A DNA stretch of 61,120 bases, counting the filler. It is 5 parts of 5 records of this genome, joined end to end, with 100 filler letters (N's around TTAATTAATTAA, not from the genome) between each part and the next. Parts side by side here need not be neighbours in the genome. Positions count along the whole stretch, not along the records: positions 47,563 to 53,224 come from SRR2962707_1573; positions 53,325 to 61,120 come from SRR2962707_1584; 3 more parts are not named here. The stretch is one strand, 5' to 3'. Every line of letters begins with the position of its first letter. The stretch's first letter is position 1. A program made the position numbers and the translations under genes. The notes beneath the pieces are model-generated. The model was not told where the DNA came from. It did no database searches and worked only from the letters and a program-made list of their open reading frames with translations. Positions 48,735 to 58,615 of the stretch are shown here, one piece after another.

Positions 48735-50091
48735 TGTATTAGACAAAATAGTCGCAGACAAAAAAATAGAGCTCGAAGCGCGTAAAGCCAAACGCCCGCT
48801 TGAAAGCTTTAAACATCAAGCAGTACCTACTAATCGTGATTTTTATCAAGCGCTTGCAGCGCCTGGTACGCAATTTATTTTGGAATGCAAAAAGGCCTCA
48901 CCGTCAAAGGGTCTTATTCGTGAGCCGTTTGATTTAGCTGAGATCACCGGCGTGTATAAAAACTACGCCAGTTGTATCAGTGTGCTAACCGATGAAAAAT
49001 ATTTTCAGGGCAGTTTTGATTATTTAGAATTTGTTCGCAGCCAAGTTGAGCAACCATTGATCTGTAAAGACTTCTTTATTGATGAATACCAAATTTATAT
49101 GGCACGTATTTATGGTGGTGATGCCATTTTATTAATGCTGTCAGTTCTTGATGACGAGCAGTATCAACAACTTGCAGCTGTAGCGCAGAGCTTAAATATG
49201 GCTATTCTGACTGAGGTAAGCAATGAGCAAGAAGTGCATCGTGCGCTTGCCCTAAGTGCACAGATCATCGGTATTAATAACCGTGATTTACGTGATTTAA
49301 GTACCAATTTAGCGACCACCGAACAGCTACGCAAACTTATCCCTGACGATAAAGTGGTTATTTCCGAATCCGGTATTTACACCCATCAAGATGTGAAACG
49401 CCTGGCTCCTTTGTGCAATGGCTTTTTGATCGGCAGTTCGCTGATGGCTGAGCGTGATTTAGAGCGCGCTTGTCGCAGCGTAATTTTAGGCGAAAATAAA
49501 GTCTGTGGTTTAACCCGCAGCGAAGATGCCATTAATGCTTATAACAGCGGCGCCGTATTTGGCGGGCTCATTTTTGCGCCTAAGTCACCACGTTATGTTG
49601 ACTTAGATTGCGCCTTACAAATTACCCAAAGTGCTCCACTTGCTTTCGTTGGTGTATTTGTAAACGCCAGCATTAAAGACGTTGTAGAGCACGCGCAAAG
49701 CTTAAAACTTACAGCCGTACAATTACATGGTCAGGAAGATCAAAACTACATTAACCAGTTGCGCCCTTTACTCCCAGCAAACTGCCAAATTTGGAAAGCG
49801 CAAGCCGTTAAAGACAGTTTGCCAGCACCTGTTGATGGCGTTGATCGCCACTTATACGACACCCACAGCGATACGCAAGCGGGTGGCACAGGTAACACGT
49901 TTGATTGGTCAATTTTAGAACATGCCAGCAGCCCATTTATGCTCGCTGGTGGTTTAAATGCAGACAACATTCACGGTGCGTTATATCAAGGTGCGCTTGG
50001 CCTCGACCTAAACTCTGGGGTTGAGCAAAGTGCCGGTAAAAAATGCCAAAACAAATTAAATGATGCGTTTCTCAGCATCCGTAAATATTGA
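48727..50091 (+). CDS. trpCF: Bifunctional indole-3-glycerol-phosphate synthase / PRA isomerase
   Basis: [26 protein letters not shown] and QLHG motifs. Confidence 0.96.
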   Translation: MANVLDKIVADKKIELEARKAKRPLESFKHQAVPTNRDFYQALAAPGTQFILECKKASPSKGLIREPFDLAEITGVYKNYASCISVLTDEKYFQGSFDYLEFVRSQVEQPLICKDFFIDEYQIYMARIYGGDAILLMLSVLDDEQYQQLAAVAQSLNMAILTEVSNEQEVHRALALSAQIIGINNRDLRDLSTNLATTEQLRKLIPDDKVVISESGIYTHQDVKRLAPLCNGFLIGSSLMAERDLERACRSVILGENKVCGLTRSEDAINAYNSGAVFGGLIFAPKSPRYVDLDCALQITQSAPLAFVGVFVNASIKDVVEHAQSLKLTAVQLHGQEDQNYINQLRPLLPANCQIWKAQAVKDSLPAPVDGVDRHLYDTHSDTQAGGTGNTFDWSILEHASSPFMLAGGLNADNIHGALYQGALGLDLNSGVEQSAGKKCQNKLNDAFLSIRKY

Positions 50092-50098
50092 GGTTACT

Positions 50099-51283
50099 AT
50101 GAATAATCCAGCTTATTTCGGCGAATTTGGCGGCATGTTTGTCCCAGAATTGCTAGTCCCTGCGCTAAAGCAACTCGAAAATGAATTTAATAAATCACAA
50201 ACAGACGCAGCATTTCAGGCTGAGTTTGAAAAGTTACTCAATGAATATGCAGGTCGTCCAACGCCACTGACATTAACGCGTAACTTAATTAAAAATCCAA
50301 AAGTAAAATTATACTTAAAGCGTGAAGACTTACTACATGGCGGTGCTCATAAAACGAACCAAGTGTTAGGCCAAGCACTGCTAACAAAACGCATGGGCAA
50401 AAAAGAGGTTATTGCTGAAACCGGCGCTGGCCAACACGGAGTTGCGACGGCGCTTGCCTGTGCATTATTGGGTTTAAAATGCCGTATTTACATGGGTGCT
50501 AAAGATGTTGAACGTCAGCAGCCAAACGTGTTCAGAATGAAATTAATGGGCGCGACCGTTATCCCTGTCACCGCAGGCTCTGGCACACTCAAAGATGCCG
50601 TAAACGAAGCGCTACGTGATTGGTCTGCAAATTACCAACAAGCTCATTACTTACTTGGCACAGCAGCAGGCCCACACCCATTCCCAACCATGGTTCGTGA
50701 GTTCCAAAAAATGATTGGTGAAGAAGCAAAACAGCAAGTGTTAAAAGCGGAAGGACGTCTACCAGATGCCGTGCTTGCGTGCGTGGGTGGTGGCTCTAAC
50801 GCCATTGGTATGTTTACTGATTTTATTGATGAGCCAAGTGTTAAACTGATTGGTGTAGAGCCGGCAGGTAAAGGTCTTGATACTCATGAGCATGGTGCAA
50901 CCATATGTAAAGGCACCAAAGGTATTTTACATGGAACTTACACCTATATTATGCAAAATGATGATGGCCAAATCGAAGAGTCTTACTCAGTTTCCGCAGG
51001 GCTTGATTACCCAGCGGTAGGCCCACAACATGCCTTTTTGCATGAAACGGGTCGCGCTCAGTATGTGGGTATTACCGATACCGAGGCACTAGAAGCATTT
51101 CAATTATTGGCTAAAAATGAAGGTATTATCCCTGCGCTTGAATCAAGCCATGCCCTTGCCTACGCATTAAAATATGCAGAGCAACAAACAGAAGACACCA
51201 TCTTAGTGGTGAATTTAAGTGGCCGCGGCGACAAAGACTTAGCACACGTAATGGATGTACTTTCAAAAGGAGATCAACTATGA
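50099..51283 (+). CDS. trpB: Tryptophan synthase beta chain
   Basis: [22 protein letters not shown] and NLSGRGDKD motifs. Confidence 0.97.
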   Translation: MNNPAYFGEFGGMFVPELLVPALKQLENEFNKSQTDAAFQAEFEKLLNEYAGRPTPLTLTRNLIKNPKVKLYLKREDLLHGGAHKTNQVLGQALLTKRMGKKEVIAETGAGQHGVATALACALLGLKCRIYMGAKDVERQQPNVFRMKLMGATVIPVTAGSGTLKDAVNEALRDWSANYQQAHYLLGTAAGPHPFPTMVREFQKMIGEEAKQQVLKAEGRLPDAVLACVGGGSNAIGMFTDFIDEPSVKLIGVEPAGKGLDTHEHGATICKGTKGILHGTYTYIMQNDDGQIEESYSVSAGLDYPAVGPQHAFLHETGRAQYVGITDTEALEAFQLLAKNEGIIPALESSHALAYALKYAEQQTEDTILVVNLSGRGDKDLAHVMDVLSKGDQL

Positions 51284-52110
51284 GCCAGCCAGCCCCGCTA
51301 AAAACAGATCGCTACGGGAAAATGTTCGCCGCATTAAGCGAACAAAATCAAGGTGCGTTCGTGCCATTCGTAACCATTGGTGATCCCAACAAAGAGCTCA
51401 GTGTTGAAATCATCAAAAGCTTAATTGATGGCGGCGCAGATGCCTTAGAGCTTGGTATTCCATTTTCAGATCCAATTGCAGATGGCCCAGTTATTCAAGC
51501 GGCGAACATTCGCGCCTTAGAGGTTAATATTAACACTCAAGATTGCTTTGATATTATCAAGCAAGTACGTGAATATAATGCCGATATTCCAATTGGTTTA
51601 CTGCTTTATTCAAACTTAGTGTTTAAACGTGGCTTAGAGGCTTTTTACAAAGATGCCAAAGCGGCGGGTGTGGATTCAATTTTAGTGGCAGATGTGCCGC
51701 TGCATGAATCTAAAATGTTTCGAAAAGCTGCAATGAGCAATGGTATTGACCCTATTTTTATTGCAACTCCTAACGCCCCGGATGACACCTTACGTGAATG
51801 TGCCTCTTATGGCCGAGGTTATACTTATTTACTCTCACGCGCGGGTGTCACAGGCACTGAAACAAAAGCACAAATGCCCGCATCTTCTATCGTCACTAAA
51901 TTAAAAGAATACCACAGTGCGCCAGCATTACTTGGTTTTGGTATTTCTACTCCAGAAGATGTTAAAGCCGCGCTCAATGCGGGCGCAGCAGGCGCCATTT
52001 CAGGCTCTGCTGTGGTTAAAATTATTGAAGCAAACTTGGACAACCCACAAGTGATGTTGAATGGTTTAAAAGAATTTGTAGCCGCTATGAAGGCAGCTAC
52101 AGATCTCTAA
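51280..52110 (+). CDS. trpA: Tryptophan synthase alpha chain
   Basis: [25 protein letters not shown] and GFGIS motifs. Confidence 0.97.
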   Translation: MSQPAPLKTDRYGKMFAALSEQNQGAFVPFVTIGDPNKELSVEIIKSLIDGGADALELGIPFSDPIADGPVIQAANIRALEVNINTQDCFDIIKQVREYNADIPIGLLLYSNLVFKRGLEAFYKDAKAAGVDSILVADVPLHESKMFRKAAMSNGIDPIFIATPNAPDDTLRECASYGRGYTYLLSRAGVTGTETKAQMPASSIVTKLKEYHSAPALLGFGISTPEDVKAALNAGAAGAISGSAVVKIIEANLDNPQVMLNGLKEFVAAMKAATDL

Positions 52111-52118
52111 GCATAACT

Positions 52119-52142
52119 AAAGGGCGCTCACTGCGCCCTTTT
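52119..52142. terminator. Bidirectional terminator between trpA and pfpI
   Basis: AAAGGGCGC-tcact-GCGCCCTTT. Confidence 0.8.
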
Positions 52143-52145
52143 CAG

Positions 52146-52724
52146 CTAATGCGCTTGGTGTTTACCTTCAATAATTTCTTCTATAAATTTACGATTAAAC
52201 GCAGCTAGATCCGCAGGGCTTCTGCTCGTAACTAAACCTCTATCAACACTCACCTCTTTGTCGACCCAATTAGCACCGGCATTAATCAAGTCAGTTTTAA
52301 TACTTGGAAAAGAAGTTACTGTGCGGTCTCGTAATTTATTAATTTCTGCTAATAACCATGGTCCGTGGCAAATTGCTGCGACGGGTTTGTTTTTGTCTGC
52401 GCCAAAAAAGCCATCAACAAATGCCTTTGCATCTTTGTCAATCCGCAAACTATCTGGGTTAAATAAACCGCCGGGTAACAGCAACGCATCATAATCATCA
52501 CTATTGGCCTCACTTGCGAGTTTATCCACGGCTACCTTATCGCCCCATACATCTTCATCCCAACCTGTAATTTCACCTTCTTTGATTGAAATAACCTCAA
52601 CAGTTGCGCCAACATCTAATAAAGCATTTCGCGGTGAAAACAGCTCACTTTGCTCAAAGCCGTCAGTTGCTAGAATGGCTATTTTTTTGCCTTTAAGTTG
52701 GCTACCCGTTTGTAATGTAGACAT
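52146..52724 (-). CDS. PfpI/DJ-1 family protein (YhbO-like)
   Basis: ATDGFEQSEL, LPGG, AICHGPW and VTSRSP motifs. Confidence 0.92.
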   Translation of the reverse strand: MSTLQTGSQLKGKKIAILATDGFEQSELFSPRNALLDVGATVEVISIKEGEITGWDEDVWGDKVAVDKLASEANSDDYDALLLPGGLFNPDSLRIDKDAKAFVDGFFGADKNKPVAAICHGPWLLAEINKLRDRTVTSFPSIKTDLINAGANWVDKEVSVDRGLVTSRSPADLAAFNRKFIEEIIEGKHQAH

Positions 52725-52861
52725 GATATCTCCTTATTTTATTAAGCTTAAGGATATAAAAGCAGACACCATGCCAAATATAAAGCATTGAAATTAAAGG
52801 GGGTATAGTGAGAAAATGACAAGCACTCTGTAATTGAGTAACAAAGTGCGAAGATTCTACA

Positions 52862-53131
52862 TTATAAGGCGTCTTTCAGTGCCTTAGCCGCTTTAAACAC
52901 TGGCTTATTGGCTCCTTCTATTTCAATTGCTGCGCCAGTTTGTGGGTTGCGCCCTGTGCGTGCTGGATAATAACTCAAAGCAAATGTGCCAAAACCATTT
53001 ATTTGTACTTGATCGCCTTCAGAAAGTGACTTTGTGATCACAGCTAACATGCTTGATAAAGCTGCTTGGGAATCTTTCTTGGTTAATTCACTGTGCGCCG
53101 ACATAGCACTGATAAGATCTGCTTTATTCAT
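52862..53131 (-). CDS. HU family DNA-binding protein
   Basis: MNKADLI, GFGTF and ARTGRNPQTG motifs. Confidence 0.93.
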   Translation of the reverse strand: MNKADLISAMSAHSELTKKDSQAALSSMLAVITKSLSEGDQVQINGFGTFALSYYPARTGRNPQTGAAIEIEGANKPVFKAAKALKDAL

Positions 53132-53224
53132 AAAATGCTCCTAAAAATCCCACTGATCCGATAGCTGTTCAGTGGATTTTGGTAATGATTGAATACAAAG
53201 GCACGCAGGCTAAGGGTTAGTAAC

Positions 53225-53324
53225 NNNNNNNNNNNNNNNNNNNNNNNNNNNNNNNNNNNNNNNNNNNNTTAATTAATTAANNNNNNNNNNNNNNNNNNNN
53301 NNNNNNNNNNNNNNNNNNNNNNNN
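53225..53324. other. Artificial contig spacer
   Basis: 100-bp N run containing TTAATTAATTAA. Confidence 0.97.
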
Positions 53325-53392
53325 ATCCGATCACCTACAAGATTTACCCTGCACCATGTCGGAATCACGCGCAAGCGGAATTCAGAAAATAA

Positions 53393-53439
53393 ACGCAAAC
53401 TGTTGTGGATAATCGAAAAGCCGATACATCCTGTTGTGT
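53393..53439. promoter_or_regulatory. Tandem NrdR-box-like sites with an overlapping DnaA box
   Basis: CTGTTGTG at 53400 and 53431 (31-bp spacing); TGTGGATAA at 53404-53412. Confidence 0.4.
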
Positions 53440-53533
53440 TTTATGGCTAAAAATCCGCAGAAATCCGCGCTCCCGGCGGATGTCGTGCCGGAACGTGAAG
53501 GTTTTACGGCGGCCCTGAACCAGGCGCGCGGGA

Positions 53534-53881
53534 TCAGGATTTGGATTTTGGGGCCGATTTGCCGGAAGCGTTGACGCGTTTTGCGGCGGCAGGTTTCGCG
53601 GCCGCCGATTTTGTTTTTGCCGCCGGCTTTGCGGTTTGCTTCAGCGCGTCTTCCAGCGTCTTGATGCGGGCTTCGAGCTTTTCGTTTTCCGTTCTGGCTT
53701 TCGCCGCCATGGCTTTCACGGCGTCAAATTCCTCACGGGTCACAAGATCGGCATCGCCCATGAAGCGTTCCAGACGCTGGCGGATCATGGCGTCGATTTC
53801 ATCCTTCATCCCGGTCAGGGTCGACACCGCACCATTGGCAACACGGGCCAGATCGTCGAAAAGCTTGTTCTGCGTCTGCAT
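53534..53881 (-). CDS. ubiK: UbiK/BMFP family accessory factor
   Basis: FDDLAR and DLVTREEFDAVKAMAAKAR motifs; Lys/Ala-rich tail. Confidence 0.85.
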   Translation of the reverse strand: MQTQNKLFDDLARVANGAVSTLTGMKDEIDAMIRQRLERFMGDADLVTREEFDAVKAMAAKARTENEKLEARIKTLEDALKQTAKPAAKTKSAAAKPAAAKRVNASGKSAPKSKS

Positions 53882-54000
53882 CGGAGGCTCCTTTGTTCGT
53901 ATTGAATATGGCCCTTTGCAATGCGCACTGCAAGCCGGTGGCGCTTGCCCGGCTGATGTTTCGGGGCCTATAAGGGATCACGGAAACAAGAGGCAACGGC

Positions 54001-54987
54001 ATGTATGTGATTACCGGCGGCGCCGGATTTATCGGATCGAATGTGGCGGCGGCGCTCGAAGCACGGGGCGCGGGGCCGCTGGTGATCGTCGACCGGCTGC
54101 GCGACGGCGACAAGTGGCGGAATCTTGCCAAGCGGACCCTGCATGACATTGTCCACCCCGATAACGTCCACGCGTTTCTGAAAGCCAATGCCCACGCCGT
54201 GAAGGGCATCGTTCATATGGGCGCGATATCGGCGACGACCGAAACCGATGCCGACAGGATCATCGAGAATAATTTCCGCCTCAGCCGTGATCTCTGGCTG
54301 TGGTCTGCCGAACAAGACATTCCCTATATATATGCGTCGTCAGCGGCGACCTATGGGGACGGCACCGAAGGGTTCGATGACGATATGTCGCCGGAGGCTC
54401 TGAACCGGCTTCGGCCCCTGAACCCATACGGCTGGTCAAAGCTGCTGTTCGACAAGTGGGTGGCGCAGGAACTGGCAGCCGGTCATGCCCGTCCGGGGCA
54501 GTGGGCGGGACTCAGATTCTTCAACGTCTACGGCGCGAACGAATATCACAAGGGCCGGATGGCGAGCGTGGTCTCGCAGATCCAGCCGCTGGCGGCGAAG
54601 GCTGAAACCTGCCGCCTGTTCAAGTCACACCATCCGGATTACGAAGACGGCGGCCAGCTCAGGGATTTCGTTGCCGTCGACGATTGCGTGAATGTGATCT
54701 GCTGGCTGCTGGAAACGCCGTCGGTGTCGGGGCTGTTCAATCTGGGGACCGGCAAGGCGCGCAGTTTCGCCGATCTCGCTCGCGCCGTTTATGCGGCCAT
54801 GGGTCAGGACTTCAAGGTCGAGTACGTGCCGACGCCGGAAGACATCCGTGACAAGTACCAGTACTTCACCGAAGCCAATATGTCGCGGCTTCGTGAAGCC
54901 GGTTACACGGGGCAGTTTACATCCCTCGAAGACGGTGTCGGCCGTTACGTGCGCGACTTCCTTGCCACCGACGACCCGTATCGTTAA
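54001..54987 (+). CDS. hldD: ADP-L-glycero-D-manno-heptose 6-epimerase
   Basis: TGGAGFIGSN, YASSAATYG, PLNPYGWSK and KYQYFTEA motifs. Confidence 0.93.
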   Translation: MYVITGGAGFIGSNVAAALEARGAGPLVIVDRLRDGDKWRNLAKRTLHDIVHPDNVHAFLKANAHAVKGIVHMGAISATTETDADRIIENNFRLSRDLWLWSAEQDIPYIYASSAATYGDGTEGFDDDMSPEALNRLRPLNPYGWSKLLFDKWVAQELAAGHARPGQWAGLRFFNVYGANEYHKGRMASVVSQIQPLAAKAETCRLFKSHHPDYEDGGQLRDFVAVDDCVNVICWLLETPSVSGLFNLGTGKARSFADLARAVYAAMGQDFKVEYVPTPEDIRDKYQYFTEANMSRLREAGYTGQFTSLEDGVGRYVRDFLATDDPYR

Positions 54988-54993
54988 CGGATC

Positions 54994-55794
54994 ATGTTCT
55001 TCGCCATCCCGTTCCCGAATATAGATCCGGTCATTTTCGAGGTCGGTGTGTTTGCCATCCGCTGGTATTCGCTGGCCTATATCGCCGGTCTGGTTCTGGG
55101 CTGGGCATACATGAAACGGCTGTGCCGGATGACGCCCCCGGTCTGCGAGACCGACGCCGTCGATGACTTTCTGGTCTGGGCGACGGTGGGGGTGATCCTC
55201 GGCGGGCGGATCGGCATGGTGCTGTTCTATCAGCTTGATTACTACATGGCGCACCCGGCCAAGATCATCGCCGTTTGGGAAGGCGGCATGTCGTTCCATG
55301 GCGGCTTCCTGGGTGTCGTCATCGCCGCAATTCTGTTTACCCGCAAGCGTGGGATTCATCCGTTGCGCTTCGGCGATCTGCTGGGCTGTGTCGCCCCGAT
55401 CGGACTTTTTTTCGGGCGCATCGCCAATTTCATCAACGGCGAGCTTTGGGGGCGTCCGGCGGACGTGCCGTGGGCGGTCGTGTTCCCGACCGGCGGCCCC
55501 ATGCCACGCCACCCGAGCCAGCTTTACGAAGCGGCGTTCGAGGGTCTCGTTCTGTTTGCCGTGATGTTCGTCCTGTCACGCAACGAATCAGTCCGCCGCC
55601 GTCCGGGTCTGCTGATGGGCACGTTCATCGCCGGCTACGGAATCGCGCGGAGCATCGGCGAGATTTTCCGCGAACCCGATGCCTATATCGGTTTCCTGAC
55701 ATTCGGCACCACGTGGGGGCAGTGGCTGTCCCTGCCGATGATCGCTGCCGGTGTCTATTTCATCGTCCGGGCACGCAGACGGGGCCCGGTTTGA
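54994..55794 (+). CDS. lgt: Prolipoprotein diacylglyceryl transferase
   Basis: GGMSFHGG, GRIANFINGELWGR and RHPSQLYE motifs. Confidence 0.96.
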   Translation: MFFAIPFPNIDPVIFEVGVFAIRWYSLAYIAGLVLGWAYMKRLCRMTPPVCETDAVDDFLVWATVGVILGGRIGMVLFYQLDYYMAHPAKIIAVWEGGMSFHGGFLGVVIAAILFTRKRGIHPLRFGDLLGCVAPIGLFFGRIANFINGELWGRPADVPWAVVFPTGGPMPRHPSQLYEAAFEGLVLFAVMFVLSRNESVRRRPGLLMGTFIAGYGIARSIGEIFREPDAYIGFLTFGTTWGQWLSLPMIAAGVYFIVRARRRGPV

Positions 55795-55795
55795 G

Positions 55796-56887
55796 ATGTC
55801 GCCGCTTGCGGCAAAGCTGACGGCAAGCATAGAACGGGATGGGCCGCTGACGGTTGCGGACTGGATGCAGGCGTGTCTCGCCGATCCCGATCACGGCTAC
55901 TACATGACCCGCGATCCGTTCGGCCGCCGGGGGGACTTCACGACGGCGCCGGAAATCTCGCAGATGTTCGGGGAGCTTCTGGGCCTCTGGGCGGCGGTGG
56001 TCTGGCAGCAGATGGGCAGTCCCGGCGCGTTTCAGCTTGTCGAAATCGGTCCCGGCCGGGGCACGCTGATGGCGGATGCGTTGCGGGCGACGGCAAATGT
56101 GCCGGGGTTTGCCGGAGCGCTGAATGTGCACATGGTGGAAACCAGCCCGGTCCTGAAGACGGTCCAGGAGAAAACGCTGGCCGGGGCGGCATCACCGGTC
56201 TGCTGGCACCGGGATTTTTCCGAGGTCCCGGACGGCCCTGTCATACTCCTCGCCAACGAGTTTCTGGACGCCCTGCCGGCACGGCAGGTGATCCGGCATC
56301 AGGACGCCTGGCATGAGCGCCGGATCGATTTCATAGAGGATGCATTCGTGTTCGTCATCGCTGAAGCGGTGGATGAGCAGGCTATCCCGGCGTCTCTCCG
56401 CGAGGCCGAACCGGGCAGCATCTTCGAGATCTCCGATGCCGTGCGCGACGTTACCGCGGCGATCTCCGCCCGGCTGGCGCAATCGGGCGGTGCGGCACTG
56501 CTGATCGATTACGGCCACGAAACATCCGGGCTCGGCGAAACCCTGCAGGCTTTGAAGGGGCATGGGTTTGCCGACCCGCTGGCGGATCCCGGTGAACAGG
56601 ACCTGACGGTGCATGTTGATTTCGATGCCGCCAAGCGGTCAGCCGCTGCGGCTGGGGCCCGTGTCTGGGGACCGCTGGCGCAGGGTGATCTTCTGGAACG
56701 GCTCGGCATCGCAGCGCGGGCGGCGGCACTGCTCGCCGGTGCCGACAAATCCCAGGCACAGGATATCGCCACGGCACGGCGGCGTCTGGTCGATACGGAC
56801 GCCATGGGGCGGCTGTTCAAGGCGATGGCCCTGACCCATCCCGACGCCCCGGCACCGCCGGGGTTCGAGACCGTCAGTTGGGCCTAG
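55796..56887 (+). CDS. MidA/NDUFAF7 family SAM-dependent methyltransferase
   Basis: GDFTTAPEISQMFGE, EIGPGRGTL, ANEFLDALP and DLTVHVDF motifs. Confidence 0.92.
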   Translation: MSPLAAKLTASIERDGPLTVADWMQACLADPDHGYYMTRDPFGRRGDFTTAPEISQMFGELLGLWAAVVWQQMGSPGAFQLVEIGPGRGTLMADALRATANVPGFAGALNVHMVETSPVLKTVQEKTLAGAASPVCWHRDFSEVPDGPVILLANEFLDALPARQVIRHQDAWHERRIDFIEDAFVFVIAEAVDEQAIPASLREAEPGSIFEISDAVRDVTAAISARLAQSGGAALLIDYGHETSGLGETLQALKGHGFADPLADPGEQDLTVHVDFDAAKRSAAAAGARVWGPLAQGDLLERLGIAARAAALLAGADKSQAQDIATARRRLVDTDAMGRLFKAMALTHPDAPAPPGFETVSWA

Positions 56888-56890
56888 TCC

Positions 56891-57088
56891 TTACTGGCCT
56901 GTTTTGCAGGTCTTGATGCCGAACGGCAGATAGGCCGGGCACCAGCGAATCAGACCGGTTGCCAACGGCACGACACCGACCCATCCCCAGACGGCATATT
57001 CATGGCCTGAAAACAGGGCAAACGCGATCAGGGCGATGCCGACGACAATACGGAGTATGCGGTCGATGCCGCCTACGTTACTGGTCAT
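56891..57088 (-). CDS. DUF2892 (YgaP-like) membrane protein
   Basis: NVGGIDRILR...WCPAYLPFGIKTC; AAGGAG RBS. Confidence 0.9.
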   Translation of the reverse strand: MTSNVGGIDRILRIVVGIALIAFALFSGHEYAVWGWVGVVPLATGLIRWCPAYLPFGIKTCKTGQ

Positions 57089-57100
57089 GGAACTCTCCTT

Positions 57101-57122
57101 TATATTCACATTATTGAATATA
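57101..57122. promoter_or_regulatory. SqrR/BigR-type operator
   Basis: TATATTC-N8-GAATATA. Confidence 0.7.
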
Positions 57123-57195
57123 TATAGGCCCCATTTTCATGCCGCGCGTTGATACAGATCAATCCACGCCGGCGCCGACGGACATGTTCCTCGAA

Positions 57196-57708
57196 CTACT
57201 GGGCGAATTCGTAACGGTCGGCCAGTTCGTCGAGGGCTTCCTGAGCGCAGGCTTCGTCGATGTCACCGCCCGGTGCGCCGCTGACGCCGACGGCGCCGAT
57301 CCGCACCCCGGCAGCATTGATTGGCAGTCCGCCATCCATCATTTTGATGTCTTCCAGAAGGTTCAGGTTGGCGGCGAGTTCCGGCCGGCTGGCACGCAGT
57401 TCAGACGTCGGTGTCCCGGCCATGATCGCACCACGGGCCTTGCCGCCGGCGATGGTGATGGTCTGCACGGCGGCAAACTGGCTGCGCAGCACGGCAATGG
57501 TGTTGCCGCCGCGATCCACGACGACGGCACTGACGGAATACCCCTTGGCGGTGCAGGCGGCGACGGTCTTGTCGGCGACATCACGGGCCAGTTCGGTCCC
57601 GATGGTCTTGACCCCAAGCACATCGGCAGCGCGGGCTTCATGGCTGCCCATGGCAAACACGGCGGCGCAGGCGAGGCTGGCGGCGGTCAACTTAGTTGTC
57701 TTGTACAT
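57196..57708 (-). CDS. Exported GlcG/HbpS family heme-binding protein
   Basis: Signal peptide; SAVVVDRGG, GGLPI and GAVGVSGAPGGDIDEACA motifs. Confidence 0.88.
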   Translation of the reverse strand: MYKTTKLTAASLACAAVFAMGSHEARAADVLGVKTIGTELARDVADKTVAACTAKGYSVSAVVVDRGGNTIAVLRSQFAAVQTITIAGGKARGAIMAGTPTSELRASRPELAANLNLLEDIKMMDGGLPINAAGVRIGAVGVSGAPGGDIDEACAQEALDELADRYEFAQ

Positions 57709-57750
57709 GTCTGCTCTCCCTTTGGCTTTTTGTCGATTTTATCCCTACAA

Positions 57751-57774
57751 ACATATTCGATGCATAGAATATGT
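57751..57774. promoter_or_regulatory. SqrR/BigR-type operator
   Basis: ACATATTC-N8-GAATATGT with perfect 8-bp arms. Confidence 0.7.
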
Positions 57775-57841
57775 AAATAGAGATGCTGATTCCGCGCCAC
57801 GAGGCCTTTCATGCGGGTGCGGTTTCAGGAATAATCTCCGC

Positions 57842-58609
57842 ATGATTACAGCTCAAAATCTCAACGGCCAGCCGGGTGTCCGGCATATGTTTTTTACCCG
57901 CCAGGGCGGGGTCAGCAGCGGTATCTACACGTCGCTGAACTGCGGTCCCGGATCAGACGATGACCGGGGGGCGGTACTCGATAATCGCGCCCGCGCCATG
58001 GCCGTCCTGGATCAGGAACCGGACCGTCTGGTGACGGTGCACCAGCACCATTCACCGATTGCCGTCGCCGTCAGTGATGTCTGGGCCCTCGCCGATGCCC
58101 CGAAAGCGGATGCCATGGTGACGGACGTGCCGGGGATCGTTTTGGGAATCCTGACTGCGGACTGTGCACCGGTCCTGTTCTGCGATGCCGAAGCCGGGGT
58201 CATCGGTGCCGCGCACGCGGGCTGGAAAGGGGCGCTTGGCGGCGTCATCGATGCCACCGTCGAGCTGATGGTCGATGCCGGTGCGCACCCGGACCGGATC
58301 AGTGCCGCGGTGGGGCCGTGCATTCAGCAGCCGTCCTATGAAGTGGGCACCGAGTTCCGCTCGTCGTTCATGGAAGCCGGGTCCGGCAACGGCCGTTTCT
58401 TTGCCGACGGTGCGGCGCCCGATAAATTTCAGTTCGATCTGTCCGGATACGTCCGCTTCCGCCTGTCGGAATGCGGTGTCGGGTCGATCGAAGTGCTGCC
58501 GCTCGACACATATAAAGACGAAGACAGATTCTTCAGCTACCGCCGGACCACGCATCGTGGCGAGCCGGATTACGGCCGGGAACTGTCGGCAATCGTTCTG
58601 GAAGGATAA
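57842..58609 (+). CDS. pgeF: Peptidoglycan editing factor PgeF (YfiH)
   Basis: FFTRQGGVS, LTADCAPVL, HAGWKG and FFSYRR motifs. Confidence 0.93.
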   Translation: MITAQNLNGQPGVRHMFFTRQGGVSSGIYTSLNCGPGSDDDRGAVLDNRARAMAVLDQEPDRLVTVHQHHSPIAVAVSDVWALADAPKADAMVTDVPGIVLGILTADCAPVLFCDAEAGVIGAAHAGWKGALGGVIDATVELMVDAGAHPDRISAAVGPCIQQPSYEVGTEFRSSFMEAGSGNGRFFADGAAPDKFQFDLSGYVRFRLSECGVGSIEVLPLDTYKDEDRFFSYRRTTHRGEPDYGRELSAIVLEG

Positions 58610-58615
58610 CGGAGA

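Noticed and set aside
48727..50091. TrpC-TrpF fusion as a novelty
   Set aside because: Standard in many gammaproteobacteria
47563..53224. Low-GC trp region as a horizontally acquired island
   Set aside because: Bounded by spacers; a separate gammaproteobacterial contig with an ordinary trp operon
57260..57841. N-terminal extension of PgeF (449-aa ORF), and similar extensions of Sel1, SDR, mrpE and DUF1491
   Set aside because: The extensions overlap neighbouring real genes; downstream starts fit family lengths
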